Part shown: positions 32,701 through 41,553 of the stretch, piece by piece
Layout: the number at the start of each line of letters is the position of its first letter
How positions within the stretch are numbered: position 1 is the stretch's first letter
Source of the DNA: Bdellovibrionales bacterium
Lineage (GTDB): Bacteria > Bdellovibrionota > Bdellovibrionia > Bdellovibrionales > JAGQZY01
NCBI GenBank assembly: GCA_964230645.1
Contig: CAXRHT010000003.1
Location: forward strand, 288,001 to 352,000
Length of the DNA stretch: 64,000 bases
Direction: 5' to 3'
Position numbers and translations under genes: made by a program
Notes under the pieces: model-generated
Told to the model about the DNA's origin: nothing
Databases searched by the model: none
What the model saw: only the letters and a program-made list of their open reading frames with translations

Positions 32701-33290
32701 AAGGAAACACCATAATGTACTGATTGGGTTTCTTTTATAGCTTTGGAATTTTCAACAAAAAGATCAACTTTCGCTTTCCCGTGCCCGGCGATCTCTAGTG
32801 TCGCGTTTTTTAGGTCCATGCCTGGAAAGATGTGTTTATTAGCCAGCGAGGTTTTCAGAAGAAATCCTGTTTTCGAAAGGTTCTGGACCTCGAAAAAAAT
32901 GATCCTATTGGGGTACATTGGATCTTTAACGGTTACGCTCGGTCTAACAAAATTGTGACTCGAATAGCGATAGGCTCTCTCTAGAGATTCCGATGTTTTC
33001 CCTGTAAACTCCACACCAAATAGCCCATTTTCCTCAATAGTGGACCAAACAACTCGGAAAGTGATTTTTCTTTTTATTTCTCTGTCGCCTAGTAAAATTT
33101 TAAGAAAGAAGTTTTTAGGGAGGACCCAGTCTTTTTCGGTCTTTAACTGGAAACACGCGCCTCGGTGATGGTAATTAACAATTTTTAACAAAATCTCATT
33201 ACCATTTGGTAACACTAGAAAGGCTCTTAGAGGGCTCGCTAGAGATGCAGTATTGTCCCGGTATTCCAGTCTACGTTCAGAATGACTCAT
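29787..33290 (-). CDS. Multidomain class III adenylate cyclase: PilZ-PilZ-GNAT-V4R/HNOB-like-2TM-GAF-cyclase
   Basis: RRLEYR/NYHHRG and RAYR/NLSKTG (PilZ-like); LRFQGY, EINKLVVHP, FYEKIGF (GNAT); NWVS...CEYMVRW; two TM helices; GAF; FADIRNFT, DKFLGDG, FTVIGTTVNLASRLE. Confidence 0.85.
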   Translation of the reverse strand: MSHSERRLEYRDNTASLASPLRAFLVLPNGNEILLKIVNYHHRGACFQLKTEKDWVLPKNFFLKILLGDREIKRKITFRVVWSTIEENGLFGVEFTGKTSESLERAYRYSSHNFVRPSVTVKDPMYPNRIIFFEVQNLSKTGFLLKTSLANKHIFPGMDLKNATLEIAGHGKAKVDLFVENSKAIKETQSVHYGVSFQQLSPVLNELLTRYISNLATSEEDFDRIDTIKNEGILNKKLNEHLTIRIVNNKKDYDEVLKLRFQGYSSVGKISEKSSYKDMGLGLEKEGYVLGAYLSGQLVASCEFRLSRFHSISMEEKVDLSNLDSLDKNNYSEINKLVVHPKAKGTDVVLGILQKIHAIATINDNPDGLILSEPKLIKFYEKIGFKKVNTFLQHPHIDGLMLQLMIVKGQSYADSSGMNPYVWSQAFELNHIFFNHIGMQKRVQFGLKQKIVKYLSFLYAQYLGGRKRKKEKAGIEKQTDNPKAVNLDRDTSDPRWTKQHINATVLRPYILEAEDMVGKKTLSKIITKYQLDRDYFKRESNWVSVEFFDSFLTDFSEFSDTYELNRRAGYRATTKEILGANYFVIKHFFSPKIAFKTFERYFPKFNKTRSYKVIESGRNFCRIRITNPNKELIPKSRSAKENWTALLDSYVRILTRRPAQIQILKSTFDGDEYCEYMVRWKTPFFRNKFVLSFILGFISLYYASYLIDRWEELGVYLGMGLLSAMLYFLIYSSKRSSERYDDIITSMDKLEKSADLKYRELQASKEIVELNYQESRLLDNINRKIQTLDDLNGILQTALKNTCNHFGFERAFIMIADEDSKILKTASVYGANQPIMDLWRFQVDISQKRDNPNFLSSVFHTGQSVIINDLEEHLFHLNEKSKKLIKSLNVNAFCLVPIPSEKKSWGVIVADKGKSKDNILKRDLVSLRRISQSIGLALDKKSKIDSEMKARKIFQKFVPGWVVEETLKNKEPELGGKTRNAICVFADIRNFTSLASTIPSELLIEVLNRLFSDLQDSVTENGGVIDKFLGDGALLTWGVYPWSPMDTKNVFDAIFSFNQKLVEINNEYKIEGFGNLEVGFGIHKGPVIAGNIGSNDRMEFTVIGTTVNLASRLEQITKKFSTTIVVSDKVVNLEDLDHNWTIKQQVQIRGISDLQNIAIYKPRKKNG

Positions 33291-33298
33291 CAGATACC

Positions 33299-33325
33299 CT
33301 ATCGGAATAATGCCAAAGAGTTTTA
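33299..33325 (-). promoter_or_regulatory. Putative sigma28 (FliA) promoter of the cyclase operon
   Basis: Minus strand TAAA-N15-TCCGATAG, ending 8 bp before the ATG. Confidence 0.62.
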
Positions 33326-33628
33326 AGTGATTATTTTTATTTAAAAAATCATTCTTATTGGCTCTTTTTTGGAGGCAAAAAGAATCAGTTTGGCGAGGGT
33401 GTTCGACTTTGGTTTAGGTATAGTAGGCGGGAAGGTGCTAATATCGTTCAAACCACTAACTAAAAAGTTGGCTTCATTCAGTCTTTGATCTTGTTTTCTG
33501 GGCACTAAAAATGAGCCTCGACCTATAGGTAGAAATAGAAAAGCTTGCTAAGCGCCCTCCTCAAAAGTCACCCTTGTGGCTTTTTGGGCAACATCTCCTT
33601 CTGGTGACTCCAGTTGGAGTCGATTTTT

Positions 33629-34348
33629 TTAAGGTTTTACGTACCAACAAGAGGGGCGCTCGCTACCCAAAATGGCGTTTTTAAAAGTATCAAGACGACA
33701 TTGTGGAGTGGGATGAGAGGTCAAAGTCTCTTTCGGTGTCTGTTTGCTTTTCTGATCGAGTTGGGGGAAAGGTTTTCCTGCTATTTCAGCGTAGTAGGAA
33801 GTCAGGCTTTTCGCCCCTTGCAAGCTGCGTTGGCAGAGATTTTCATCAATTAAACTATTACCCGAGCAAAGAGTAAAAACGTCCTGATCAATCTCTATAC
33901 TTTTTAAGGGCGCAATAAGCGAGAGCATCTGTTTGATACAACTTCTCCCCGCAAAATAATCAGACTGTCCTTCAAAGCTAATATCACCATTTTTAGGAGC
34001 TCCTCCCAGAAGATGACCCAACTCATGGCAAATACTTAAGATAAAAGCCTCTTCATTAATGAGGTGATACCTCGCCATGCCGCCTGGAACCTCCAAAATG
34101 TAACGGTCTCCCCATTTCTCAGCCCACATGTTCACAGCGCCATCACTCCAATCTCGCCAAATTTCAAAACTTCCCCCTTTTGCGGAAATAGAAGGAGTAA
34201 AGCTTTCAATAAATTGATCCAAAATTGAGTGATATTTTTCTTCCGGAAAACCATTGTCGTATTTATTCGCAAAGCTTTTCGAATTAAGCATGAACGTGAA
34301 GAGAAGAAAGAGAAGAGTGGGGTGCAGTGTGTTTTTATAGTTAAGCAA
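33629..34348 (-). CDS. Secreted zincin-like metalloprotease
   Basis: Signal-peptide-like N-terminus; CHELGHLLGG, EGQSDYF, HPTPQCR. Confidence 0.75.
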   Translation of the reverse strand: MLNYKNTLHPTLLFLLFTFMLNSKSFANKYDNGFPEEKYHSILDQFIESFTPSISAKGGSFEIWRDWSDGAVNMWAEKWGDRYILEVPGGMARYHLINEEAFILSICHELGHLLGGAPKNGDISFEGQSDYFAGRSCIKQMLSLIAPLKSIEIDQDVFTLCSGNSLIDENLCQRSLQGAKSLTSYYAEIAGKPFPQLDQKSKQTPKETLTSHPTPQCRLDTFKNAILGSERPSCWYVKP

Positions 34349-34657
34349 TGACGGCCTTCTTTCTTTTATTGGATAAGAGTCATGGGAATTTATCTCTAAA
34401 AGTTTAGACTTCCCTTTTAAAAAAGCAAGGTGATCAACTGTTCTAAAAGCCGCTAGTGTGGCTTTTTCGACAGAATTCCGTTCATATGTAAACTTTCTAA
34501 GGCTCTTGAAGAAGACAAAATGACCCCCCTAGGTTAAGGTTTTCCTCAGTGAATCCATGCGGATAACGCGCGGCATGATTAAGGGATTTTAAGAAGTTGA
34601 AATTTTTTCTTCTTTTAGAGACTATGCGAGCCGGATCTTCATGGGGCGGGGGAAATA

Positions 34658-35785
34658 ATGGATATCCTAGAAAATGATGAAAATTTAAAGATGGCTAAGC
34701 TGCTCTTTGAGCGCGGTGACATTATTCAGTGTGTAGAACTTCTGGAATCACAGCATCAGTCCTATTTGGAAAAAGGGACTGAGTACTACCTTGAGTGCAC
34801 CAATTATCTTTTAAGAGCTTATGCCGAACTTCAAGATCAAGCAAAAATTAGAGATTTAAAAAACACTCTGAATCAGTGGGCTTTAAACAGAGGCGAGTTA
34901 ACACCAAGAACCTACTACACTTTGGCCCTTTGTGAATCACAAAATGGCCAGTACGAACAGGCATTGGAGCTTTGTCGCAAGTCTCTCTCTCTAGCTCTTG
35001 ATCAAAATAAAAAAACAGATATTTGTTACGCGATCACAGGGATGGCCATAAGCTACTATCAATTGGGTCGTCTGCAAGAGGCATTAAAAGAAATCTACAA
35101 TCTTCAAATATTTTTTGATGCCTTGGAGCTGCCTAAGCTTCAGTTAACAGCACTTATCGTGAATGCTCATATTTATAGAAAGTTAGAGAAATACCCGCAG
35201 GCTATAGATTCTCTTTGGAACTGCTATGAAATGATCAAAGATGAAAAAGATCTCTACACCCATTTTACTCTATTGTATGGTTTAGGGCTCACTTATAAAG
35301 AAAGTGGTGATCTTGAAAAGTCGCGTACTTATCTAGAGCTTGGAGTGAGATCCATTGATGGCAAAAACATGAAAAGGCTTCACTTCTTACTTTCTGAGCT
35401 TCTTAAAGATGTTCAGAAATCAAGTAAGAGTCCTTACGATTTAGTTTACGATGTGCAATCCCATTCGATCTATGAAAAGTCGAAAGGGAAAATCGATTTT
35501 AAAAACCAGTTTATTCTTCTAGAGATGCTAAAGTTATTTTTGGCTCACCCAGGACGAGTTTTTTCCAAAGAAGAGCTCATCGAAACCATCTGGAAGCAAA
35601 GCTATAATCCGTCGGTTCATGATAATAAAATTTATGTGACCATTAAGCGTTTAAGAAAAGTGATTGAGCCTGATTACAATAAGCCCAAGTATATTTTCTT
35701 GGCGAAAAATGGTTACTATTTAAGTAAAGATGTAAAAATCCAAGTGCGTGGTGTTGAATCTGGTATGAGAGAGGAGTCGTTATAA
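34658..35785 (+). CDS. TPR + OmpR-type winged-helix transcriptional regulator
   Basis: TPR helices, then PGRVFSKEELIETIW...VTIKRLRKVIE...NGY. No receiver domain. Confidence 0.82.
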   Translation: MDILENDENLKMAKLLFERGDIIQCVELLESQHQSYLEKGTEYYLECTNYLLRAYAELQDQAKIRDLKNTLNQWALNRGELTPRTYYTLALCESQNGQYEQALELCRKSLSLALDQNKKTDICYAITGMAISYYQLGRLQEALKEIYNLQIFFDALELPKLQLTALIVNAHIYRKLEKYPQAIDSLWNCYEMIKDEKDLYTHFTLLYGLGLTYKESGDLEKSRTYLELGVRSIDGKNMKRLHFLLSELLKDVQKSSKSPYDLVYDVQSHSIYEKSKGKIDFKNQFILLEMLKLFLAHPGRVFSKEELIETIWKQSYNPSVHDNKIYVTIKRLRKVIEPDYNKPKYIFLAKNGYYLSKDVKIQVRGVESGMREESL

Positions 35786-36381
35786 TGTTGAGTCGGATCT
35801 GGAGAGCTATTCCCTTATTGTTGGTCGTGTTGTTGACAGGGTTCACCTATCCTGGAGGAAATGTTCAGTTTGGTGGAGAAATACCTTGGCCTTTATCCAA
35901 TCAAAGAGCGGTTTCTGAATCGACATCTCAAGGACTTTGGGATTTACAAAGTCATGAAACCAGAAAATTGTTTAACGTAGAAATTGTTACGGATCATGAG
36001 TCCGGTTACGACTGGATTCGCGTGGCAGAAATTGACCCAGAAAATTACACGGTGATGTCTTGGGGTGAAGGCATTTTTCGAACAGGAGCTTTTACTCGCA
36101 CCCAGTGGCAATCAAGCTTTTTTGATGTGACCACTCAGCCCGGCGCTAAAAGCGACAAATATGGCCGTTATATTACAATGTTCCCTAATGGGGATATTAA
36201 TGAGCCGCCTTACCTCCTTCGTCTTGTGGAAGTAAAAACGGCGGTAGGACATGTGCTGGGTCTATCCGTTATTCACTATATCGATTATCGCTACGACCAT
36301 ATGTTAGGACAAAAGATTCTCGATCAACCCCTTCGTTGTGACGAAAGGGCCGGTGAGCAGCTTTCCTGCTTTATTGACTAG
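35785..36381 (+). CDS. Secreted hypothetical protein
   Basis: GAGGAG RBS, TAATG overlap with the regulator gene, N-terminal hydrophobic segment. Confidence 0.7.
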   Translation: MLSRIWRAIPLLLVVLLTGFTYPGGNVQFGGEIPWPLSNQRAVSESTSQGLWDLQSHETRKLFNVEIVTDHESGYDWIRVAEIDPENYTVMSWGEGIFRTGAFTRTQWQSSFFDVTTQPGAKSDKYGRYITMFPNGDINEPPYLLRLVEVKTAVGHVLGLSVIHYIDYRYDHMLGQKILDQPLRCDERAGEQLSCFID

Positions 36382-36401
36382 ATACAATTTTATAAAAATT
36401 C

Positions 36402-36440
36402 AAAAGCCAAAACTTCATTGAAAGTTTTGGCTTTTTTTTT
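36402..36440 (+). terminator. Intrinsic terminator (probably bidirectional)
   Basis: aaaagccaaaactt-cattga-aagttttggc followed by a T-run, between convergent genes. Confidence 0.85.
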
Positions 36441-36475
36441 ATTGAGCGATAGCGCTTTGGCCTGTCCTCCGCTGA

Positions 36476-37279
36476 TCAATCAATGCGAGATACAGATAAG
36501 CGGTTAACACAAATATTAGCAGCGTCAGCATCACTAACCGAGCGATCATAAATTTGATGGCAACGGCCGAAACTATCAGAATTAAAATCAACGGTTCGTG
36601 TCTGAATATACTCAACACAGCGATCGGCCGCGATATTATCGTTTAAAGATCTATCTAAGATTTGGTAGCAGCGATTAAAGTTAGAATCAGTGTAATTAAA
36701 ATTTGTAGTACTGATGGAGTTAAAGCAAGACTCAAGAGCTGAATTGTCGTTTAGTGACCGGTCGTAGATCTTGTAACAGGCCTGAAAGCTTGGACTATTG
36801 AAGTCAAACTCGGGAACCTCGTTAAGATGCTGGACACAATTGAGTAGTGCCACATGGTCACTCTCAGAACGATCTCTTATGGTATAACACCTGTTGAAGG
36901 CGTCACTATTAAAGTCAAATCTCTGAGATAACAAAATTTGCTCGCATTCACGAGCAGCATCAGAATCATTCAGTGAGCGATCCATTATCTGATAACATCG
37001 ATTGAAGTTTGAATTATTATTATAAAGATTTTGTAAATAGTGTTGGCGGGCCTGATCAAGGTTGGCCGGGCGTGTACAGAGAGATAGGGCGCGGTCCATA
37101 TTATCAACCGTTTCACCATTATCACCGACACATTGAATTCCATCAGCCACTCTCTGCCACCGATACTCGGAACGCAATTGCTCTGTCTCTCCTCCAGTAT
37201 TTTCTGTCGTAGTCACTTCGGCTAAAGAAATCGAAGCTCCACAAAACAGGAATAGGGGGAGCAAAAAAAGCTTTCTCAT
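36476..37279 (-). CDS. Secreted protein with five ~36-aa Cys-pair repeats
   Basis: AGGAG RBS before MRKLF, signal peptide, repeats FxxCYxIxDRSxxDxxAxxxC. Confidence 0.8.
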   Translation of the reverse strand: MRKLFLLPLFLFCGASISLAEVTTTENTGGETEQLRSEYRWQRVADGIQCVGDNGETVDNMDRALSLCTRPANLDQARQHYLQNLYNNNSNFNRCYQIMDRSLNDSDAARECEQILLSQRFDFNSDAFNRCYTIRDRSESDHVALLNCVQHLNEVPEFDFNSPSFQACYKIYDRSLNDNSALESCFNSISTTNFNYTDSNFNRCYQILDRSLNDNIAADRCVEYIQTRTVDFNSDSFGRCHQIYDRSVSDADAANICVNRLSVSRID

Positions 37280-37316
37280 GGTTATCTCCTTTAACAAAAT
37301 CTTTCGAACTTTAAGG

Positions 37317-37333
37317 AGCAAGAATTAAGCCAA
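37317..37333 (-). promoter_or_regulatory. Putative sigma54 promoter
   Basis: Minus strand TTGGCTTAATTCTTGCT (GG-N10-GC). Confidence 0.6.
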
Positions 37334-37807
37334 TGGTTCTAATGAGCTTGAATCCTTGTTGTTTCGCGAGAAATGACTTCATACTTCAGTAATTTTCTTT
37401 GGATCGCAGAACGTATTCTCCAAAACTTTGTAAAACTGAATACATTTTTAGGGTCTAAAATGGCAAATATGTGAAATTAGTATACTTTAGGCTTCTATTT
37501 TTTTTACAGAAAGTGAATTAAGGGCATATCATTTCGCTAATTGTCTCATCATGATACTTAAACCTTCGCTTAAGACAGTAGATCTCTTTTCTTTTGAAAT
37601 CTGAAAAAAGCATGCAGTTAATCCTGAGTTCGTTTTCCGCCCATTATAAATTTCAGTTCAAATCATTCGGTCAAAGTTTAATCAATTGATTGACTATTTT
37701 CGCGCATTAACTCTTTAGAGCTGTGAAAATAAAAATAGTAAATAGACAGGCATAGTATGTTGGAACAATATTTGAATAAGAGGGGAGCACACGCTTAAGG
37801 GAGCAAA

Positions 37808-38422
37808 ATGTTTAAAAAGCTGTTTATAAAATCGAGTGTCACATTTCTAACGGCTCTGTGGATGATTCCATTGGTTGCTGAAGATTTGTCTAATATTCCT
37901 CAACCCCTTCCGGGTGAGAATGTTTGCTCAGCCTACGTGAGTGAGTACTCTCTGTTTGGAAACCACTTGGAAAATCCTATGCGTACGGTTCGTAATCTTC
38001 CTTTGCGATATTGTCGGACGGGAAAAGCTCTAGAGGGAGGCTTCTTATCGGCTTTTGGTGCCCGTTTACGAGTGGCTGCAGTCGGCGACGTTTATGCTTA
38101 CCAGCCTACGGCTAATAACTCAGGCGTGCAGGCGGAGGTGGTAAATCCCAATCGTTCGAGAGTTGTCTGTCATGCCCGATTGGTGAGTGATCAAGGAGAC
38201 ATCACCAGTCTTCGCAATTTGGCTGAAGGTCTTTGTGTAGCTGGTCTTCAATTTGAAGTGGTGATTAATGGTCGGCGACAAAGAGTGACTGTTGAAGCGC
38301 CCGATGATTTTCACTATGTGCCGGCTAGTGAAACTGTGTTTAACGCACCCACAAGTGACCAACTCCCCCAGAATCATGAAAACCTAAGACCTCAGCCCGC
38401 CTCCCTAGGAATTGCCATTTAA
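37808..38422 (+). CDS. Secreted hypothetical protein
   Basis: AGGGAG RBS, signal peptide, four Cys. Confidence 0.7.
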   Translation: MFKKLFIKSSVTFLTALWMIPLVAEDLSNIPQPLPGENVCSAYVSEYSLFGNHLENPMRTVRNLPLRYCRTGKALEGGFLSAFGARLRVAAVGDVYAYQPTANNSGVQAEVVNPNRSRVVCHARLVSDQGDITSLRNLAEGLCVAGLQFEVVINGRRQRVTVEAPDDFHYVPASETVFNAPTSDQLPQNHENLRPQPASLGIAI

Positions 38423-38443
38423 AATAAAACGGGTATAAGCGCT

Positions 38444-38595
38444 GTCATTTTGAGCATCCGAATTGCCAAATCGTCATTCTGAGCGTAGCGAAGAATCTTT
38501 CGCCACTGAGTTTACACTATCAATCAAAGTCCTCGGTAAAGATCCTTCGCTTCGCTCAGGATGACAATCGACGCTAATCGCAAAGCTCGGGCGAC
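38444..38595. repeat. Third copy of the GTCAT palindromic element (arms 38473-38498 and 38540-38565, 41-bp spacer) with single flanking half-motifs
   Basis: gtcattctgagcgtagcgaagaatct ... agatccttcgcttcgctcaggatgac; flanks gtcattttgagc and gctcgggcgac. Confidence 0.88.
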
Positions 38596-38682
38596 AGTAG
38601 GGAATATTGGCCAATAAAATAAAAATGTAGATTTTCGGATATCTGATAACCGATATCTTGATATCAGATATCGGTATTTAAA

Positions 38683-38758
38683 TGGTAGGGCCTACCGGGG
38701 TCGAACCGATGACATCCACCTTGTAAGGGTGGCGCTCTACCAACTGAGCTAAGGCCCT
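38683..38758 (-). tRNA. tRNA-Val (TAC)
   Basis: 76-nt cloverleaf, AGGGCCT/AGGCCCT acceptor stem, anticodon loop CTTACAA, GGTTCGA T-loop, encoded CCA. Confidence 0.96.
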
Positions 38759-38880
38759 AAAAAGATTAGAGTGTGTTTATAGTTGAAATGGAAAGGCTTG
38801 TCGAGGGAAAAATGACAAAGAGCGAACCCTCTAAGTATCTGAAATTACTGAAACTAAGCTTATAACCTCGAAGGTTTTTT

Positions 38881-39984
38881 TTACCCGAGCTCCTGAATTC
38901 CTTTTAACTCTTCGGGTGTATAGTCATAAAGATCACCAAAGAGGACACTCCCCTTATCGGTGAATGAATAGTGGTGAATGGGGCTTACAAAGAAGTGGCT
39001 CTTTTCTTCAAAAAAGGGAATTTGGTAGAGTCTCTCCTTAATTTCCATGGCTTTATCGAGATAAGTGGGGGGAACCATGACTCGCACACCAAACCACCAA
39101 CGATCGGCCTTCTCGTCCCGACATTTTTGAACCACTATTCGCCGGCAAGTTTCCACCAGTCGATCCACATCCATAAACTCAAGATGCACACTCAGACCGA
39201 TACAGCTTTTTTGGATCAATTGCTCCATATACTTTCCGCCACGGCTGCCGTTGGTTGTGGTGTGCACGATGTGGCCCATGTCGGTCACATAATCAACCCA
39301 GCGGAGGTAGTCGGGAATAATAGTGGGCTCACCGCCAGTGATCACCCATTTGATCTTCTTGTCAGGACCATACATTTTTAGGACCTTATTGGTGGCAAGC
39401 ATAAGGTTGTCCCAGGTCTGCAAAGGATCGGTTCGACTGGAAACTTGCGGAGGGCAGTAGCTACAAGAGTAATTGCACCTTTTGCCAATATCCCATGAAA
39501 CTGTATTAAATTGTTCCTCAGCGACGGGGAAGTGGTAAGGGCCGACCCAAGTGGGCTCTCTCATGTTGTTAGTGGGCTTGAGCCTCATCTTGTGAGCGTC
39601 TTCAGCATAGGTCTGCCAGCTTTTGTCTTTGGCTTTACGTATCTGCATGTCGCCACCACACATGCAGGACTTTTTGGTGCATCGGACCCAATCTTTCGGT
39701 AACTGGATATCGTCTTTATAGATGTTTCCTTGGATTCCGTTGATGTTGCAGGCTGCAAGCTGAACCAAGCCATAGTGGCTAATATGGAGACTCTCGGTGC
39801 CAGCCGCACAAAGCCAACCCTCAAAATTGTTGAGTTTCTTCGACATAAGCTCTTCTGTCGAATAAGTTTGAAACTGGCCCTTTTTATCAACGACGATGAC
39901 GGACTTTGAAGGATCTTTTTCATGCTGATTCTTCTTTTCGTTCCAGTTTCGTTTCCAGTTTTTGGTTCTCTCAAAAAAATTCAC
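38881..39984 (-). CDS. Radical SAM protein with an N-terminal Cys-rich twitch/SPASM-like domain
   Basis: CNYSCSYC and TGGEPT; N-terminal GWLCAAG...AC...GNI...CTKKSCMC. Confidence 0.85.
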   Translation of the reverse strand: MNFFERTKNWKRNWNEKKNQHEKDPSKSVIVVDKKGQFQTYSTEELMSKKLNNFEGWLCAAGTESLHISHYGLVQLAACNINGIQGNIYKDDIQLPKDWVRCTKKSCMCGGDMQIRKAKDKSWQTYAEDAHKMRLKPTNNMREPTWVGPYHFPVAEEQFNTVSWDIGKRCNYSCSYCPPQVSSRTDPLQTWDNLMLATNKVLKMYGPDKKIKWVITGGEPTIIPDYLRWVDYVTDMGHIVHTTTNGSRGGKYMEQLIQKSCIGLSVHLEFMDVDRLVETCRRIVVQKCRDEKADRWWFGVRVMVPPTYLDKAMEIKERLYQIPFFEEKSHFFVSPIHHYSFTDKGSVLFGDLYDYTPEELKGIQELG

Positions 39985-40175
39985 GAGTTAACGCCTTTCC
40001 AGGGTTTTTATTGAGACTCACTGACTAGTGCCAGATTTGTATCTTATACTCATCTTCCCATATAGTAGAATTTCACAAATTTTTAAGAAAAAAAACGATC
40101 TTGGTACCCCAAAGCGCTTAAAATCAGTCCTAATTTCATTTTGACTCGTAGTCTCAAGGGTGATTCAGTTATTGA

Positions 40176-41516
40176 GTGTTTCGAAAATTCTTTGTGACCG
40201 AGTATTCAAAAAAATTTTGCGTTAATCCATGGGTTCAGCAGCAAACCACCCCAAGTGGACGGGTTAATTTTTGTTGTGTCTCAGCCAATACATGGGTGAG
40301 CGATGAAGAGGGTCAGCCCATTGAACTAAAGGAAGACTCCCTCAGAAAGGCATGGAACTCTAAAGATATGCGTGCCATTCGGCGGGATATGATTGAGGGT
40401 AAAGCTGTCCGGGGTTGTGAGGTCTGCTACGAGCAGGAGCGGGTCGGTAAAAAAAGTTACCGACAGCATAGCAATGAAGAGTGGTTTTGGAAATTGAAGC
40501 CAAAGGTTTTGAGAGCGAGAATCGAGAAGTCCAAACATGAAGACTTTCACGTTGAGGATTATCCCGATTATTTAGACTTACGCTTGGGTAACTTGTGTAA
40601 TCTGAAATGTCGTACTTGCAACCCAACCAATAGTACACAGATCGATCGAGAGTGGAAGAAAATCGACGCCCAAACAAATCACGACCACTCCCGCTTTTGG
40701 AAAAAGTACAACATCACTAGAGCCCCAATAGACAATTGGTATGAGAGCGATCAATTTTGGCATTCGGTGGAAGAAAATCTTCCTTACCTGAAAAAAATTT
40801 ATATGACCGGAGGAGAACCAACTCTTATTAGACGTAACTTAGAGTTTCTGCGTCGGTGTAAAGAGCTTGGCTACGCCTCCAAAATAGAAATATTTTTTAG
40901 TCTTAACCTCACAAAAATAGAGGACGATTTTCTAGAGTGCTTGCAGGGTTTTAGAAAAGTGAGAATCAATGGAAGCATTGATGGGTACGGGACGGTCAAT
41001 GACTATATCCGGTTTCCCAGCCGGTGGAAAGACATTGACTCAAACTTAAGGAAACTAGCGAGTCTTGATGGTCTTCCTCTTGAGATCGGCACGAGCACGG
41101 TGATCCAGCCCTATAATATTTTAAATCTACCCAAACTTTTTGGTTACCTCGAAGACGTCAATCGACAATCAAGAAACAAAGTATTGATCGATTCCTTGTT
41201 CTGTACCCATCCCGATTTTTTAGACATCATTCATTTTCCACCACAACTTAAAGCGGTGGCTTTGAAACAGTTGAAAGAGTATCGAAGCCAGTCACGATTG
41301 TACCGATCGATTTCAAAGAATGGACTTTTCTTCAGAAATAGTCTTGATAGTACTATTAAGCGTCTAGAAAGTGGCTTGCATTCACAAGACGCTGACCTTG
41401 TGCGAGACTTCCAAAATTACACTGTTAAGCTTGACAGATTTCGCAAGCAGGATTTTTCCAAGGTCTTTCCAGAAACGGCGGCAATCCTTAGTGAAGTGGG
41501 ATTTTCTTTTAGTTGA
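40176..41516 (+). CDS. N-terminal twitch-domain radical SAM protein
   Basis: CVNPW...GRVNFCC...WNS...R...CEVC, then LGNLCNLKCRTC, TGGEP, SIDG. Confidence 0.87.
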   Translation: MFRKFFVTEYSKKFCVNPWVQQQTTPSGRVNFCCVSANTWVSDEEGQPIELKEDSLRKAWNSKDMRAIRRDMIEGKAVRGCEVCYEQERVGKKSYRQHSNEEWFWKLKPKVLRARIEKSKHEDFHVEDYPDYLDLRLGNLCNLKCRTCNPTNSTQIDREWKKIDAQTNHDHSRFWKKYNITRAPIDNWYESDQFWHSVEENLPYLKKIYMTGGEPTLIRRNLEFLRRCKELGYASKIEIFFSLNLTKIEDDFLECLQGFRKVRINGSIDGYGTVNDYIRFPSRWKDIDSNLRKLASLDGLPLEIGTSTVIQPYNILNLPKLFGYLEDVNRQSRNKVLIDSLFCTHPDFLDIIHFPPQLKAVALKQLKEYRSQSRLYRSISKNGLFFRNSLDSTIKRLESGLHSQDADLVRDFQNYTVKLDRFRKQDFSKVFPETAAILSEVGFSFS

Positions 41517-41553
41517 CCTTTAAGTTGCGGAGTAATTTCATTCCAACTAATTT

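Noticed and set aside
38881..39984. Viperin-type antiviral radical SAM
   Set aside because: Shares only generic CNYxCxYC/GGEP motifs. I cannot see viperin-specific motifs or a defence-island context.
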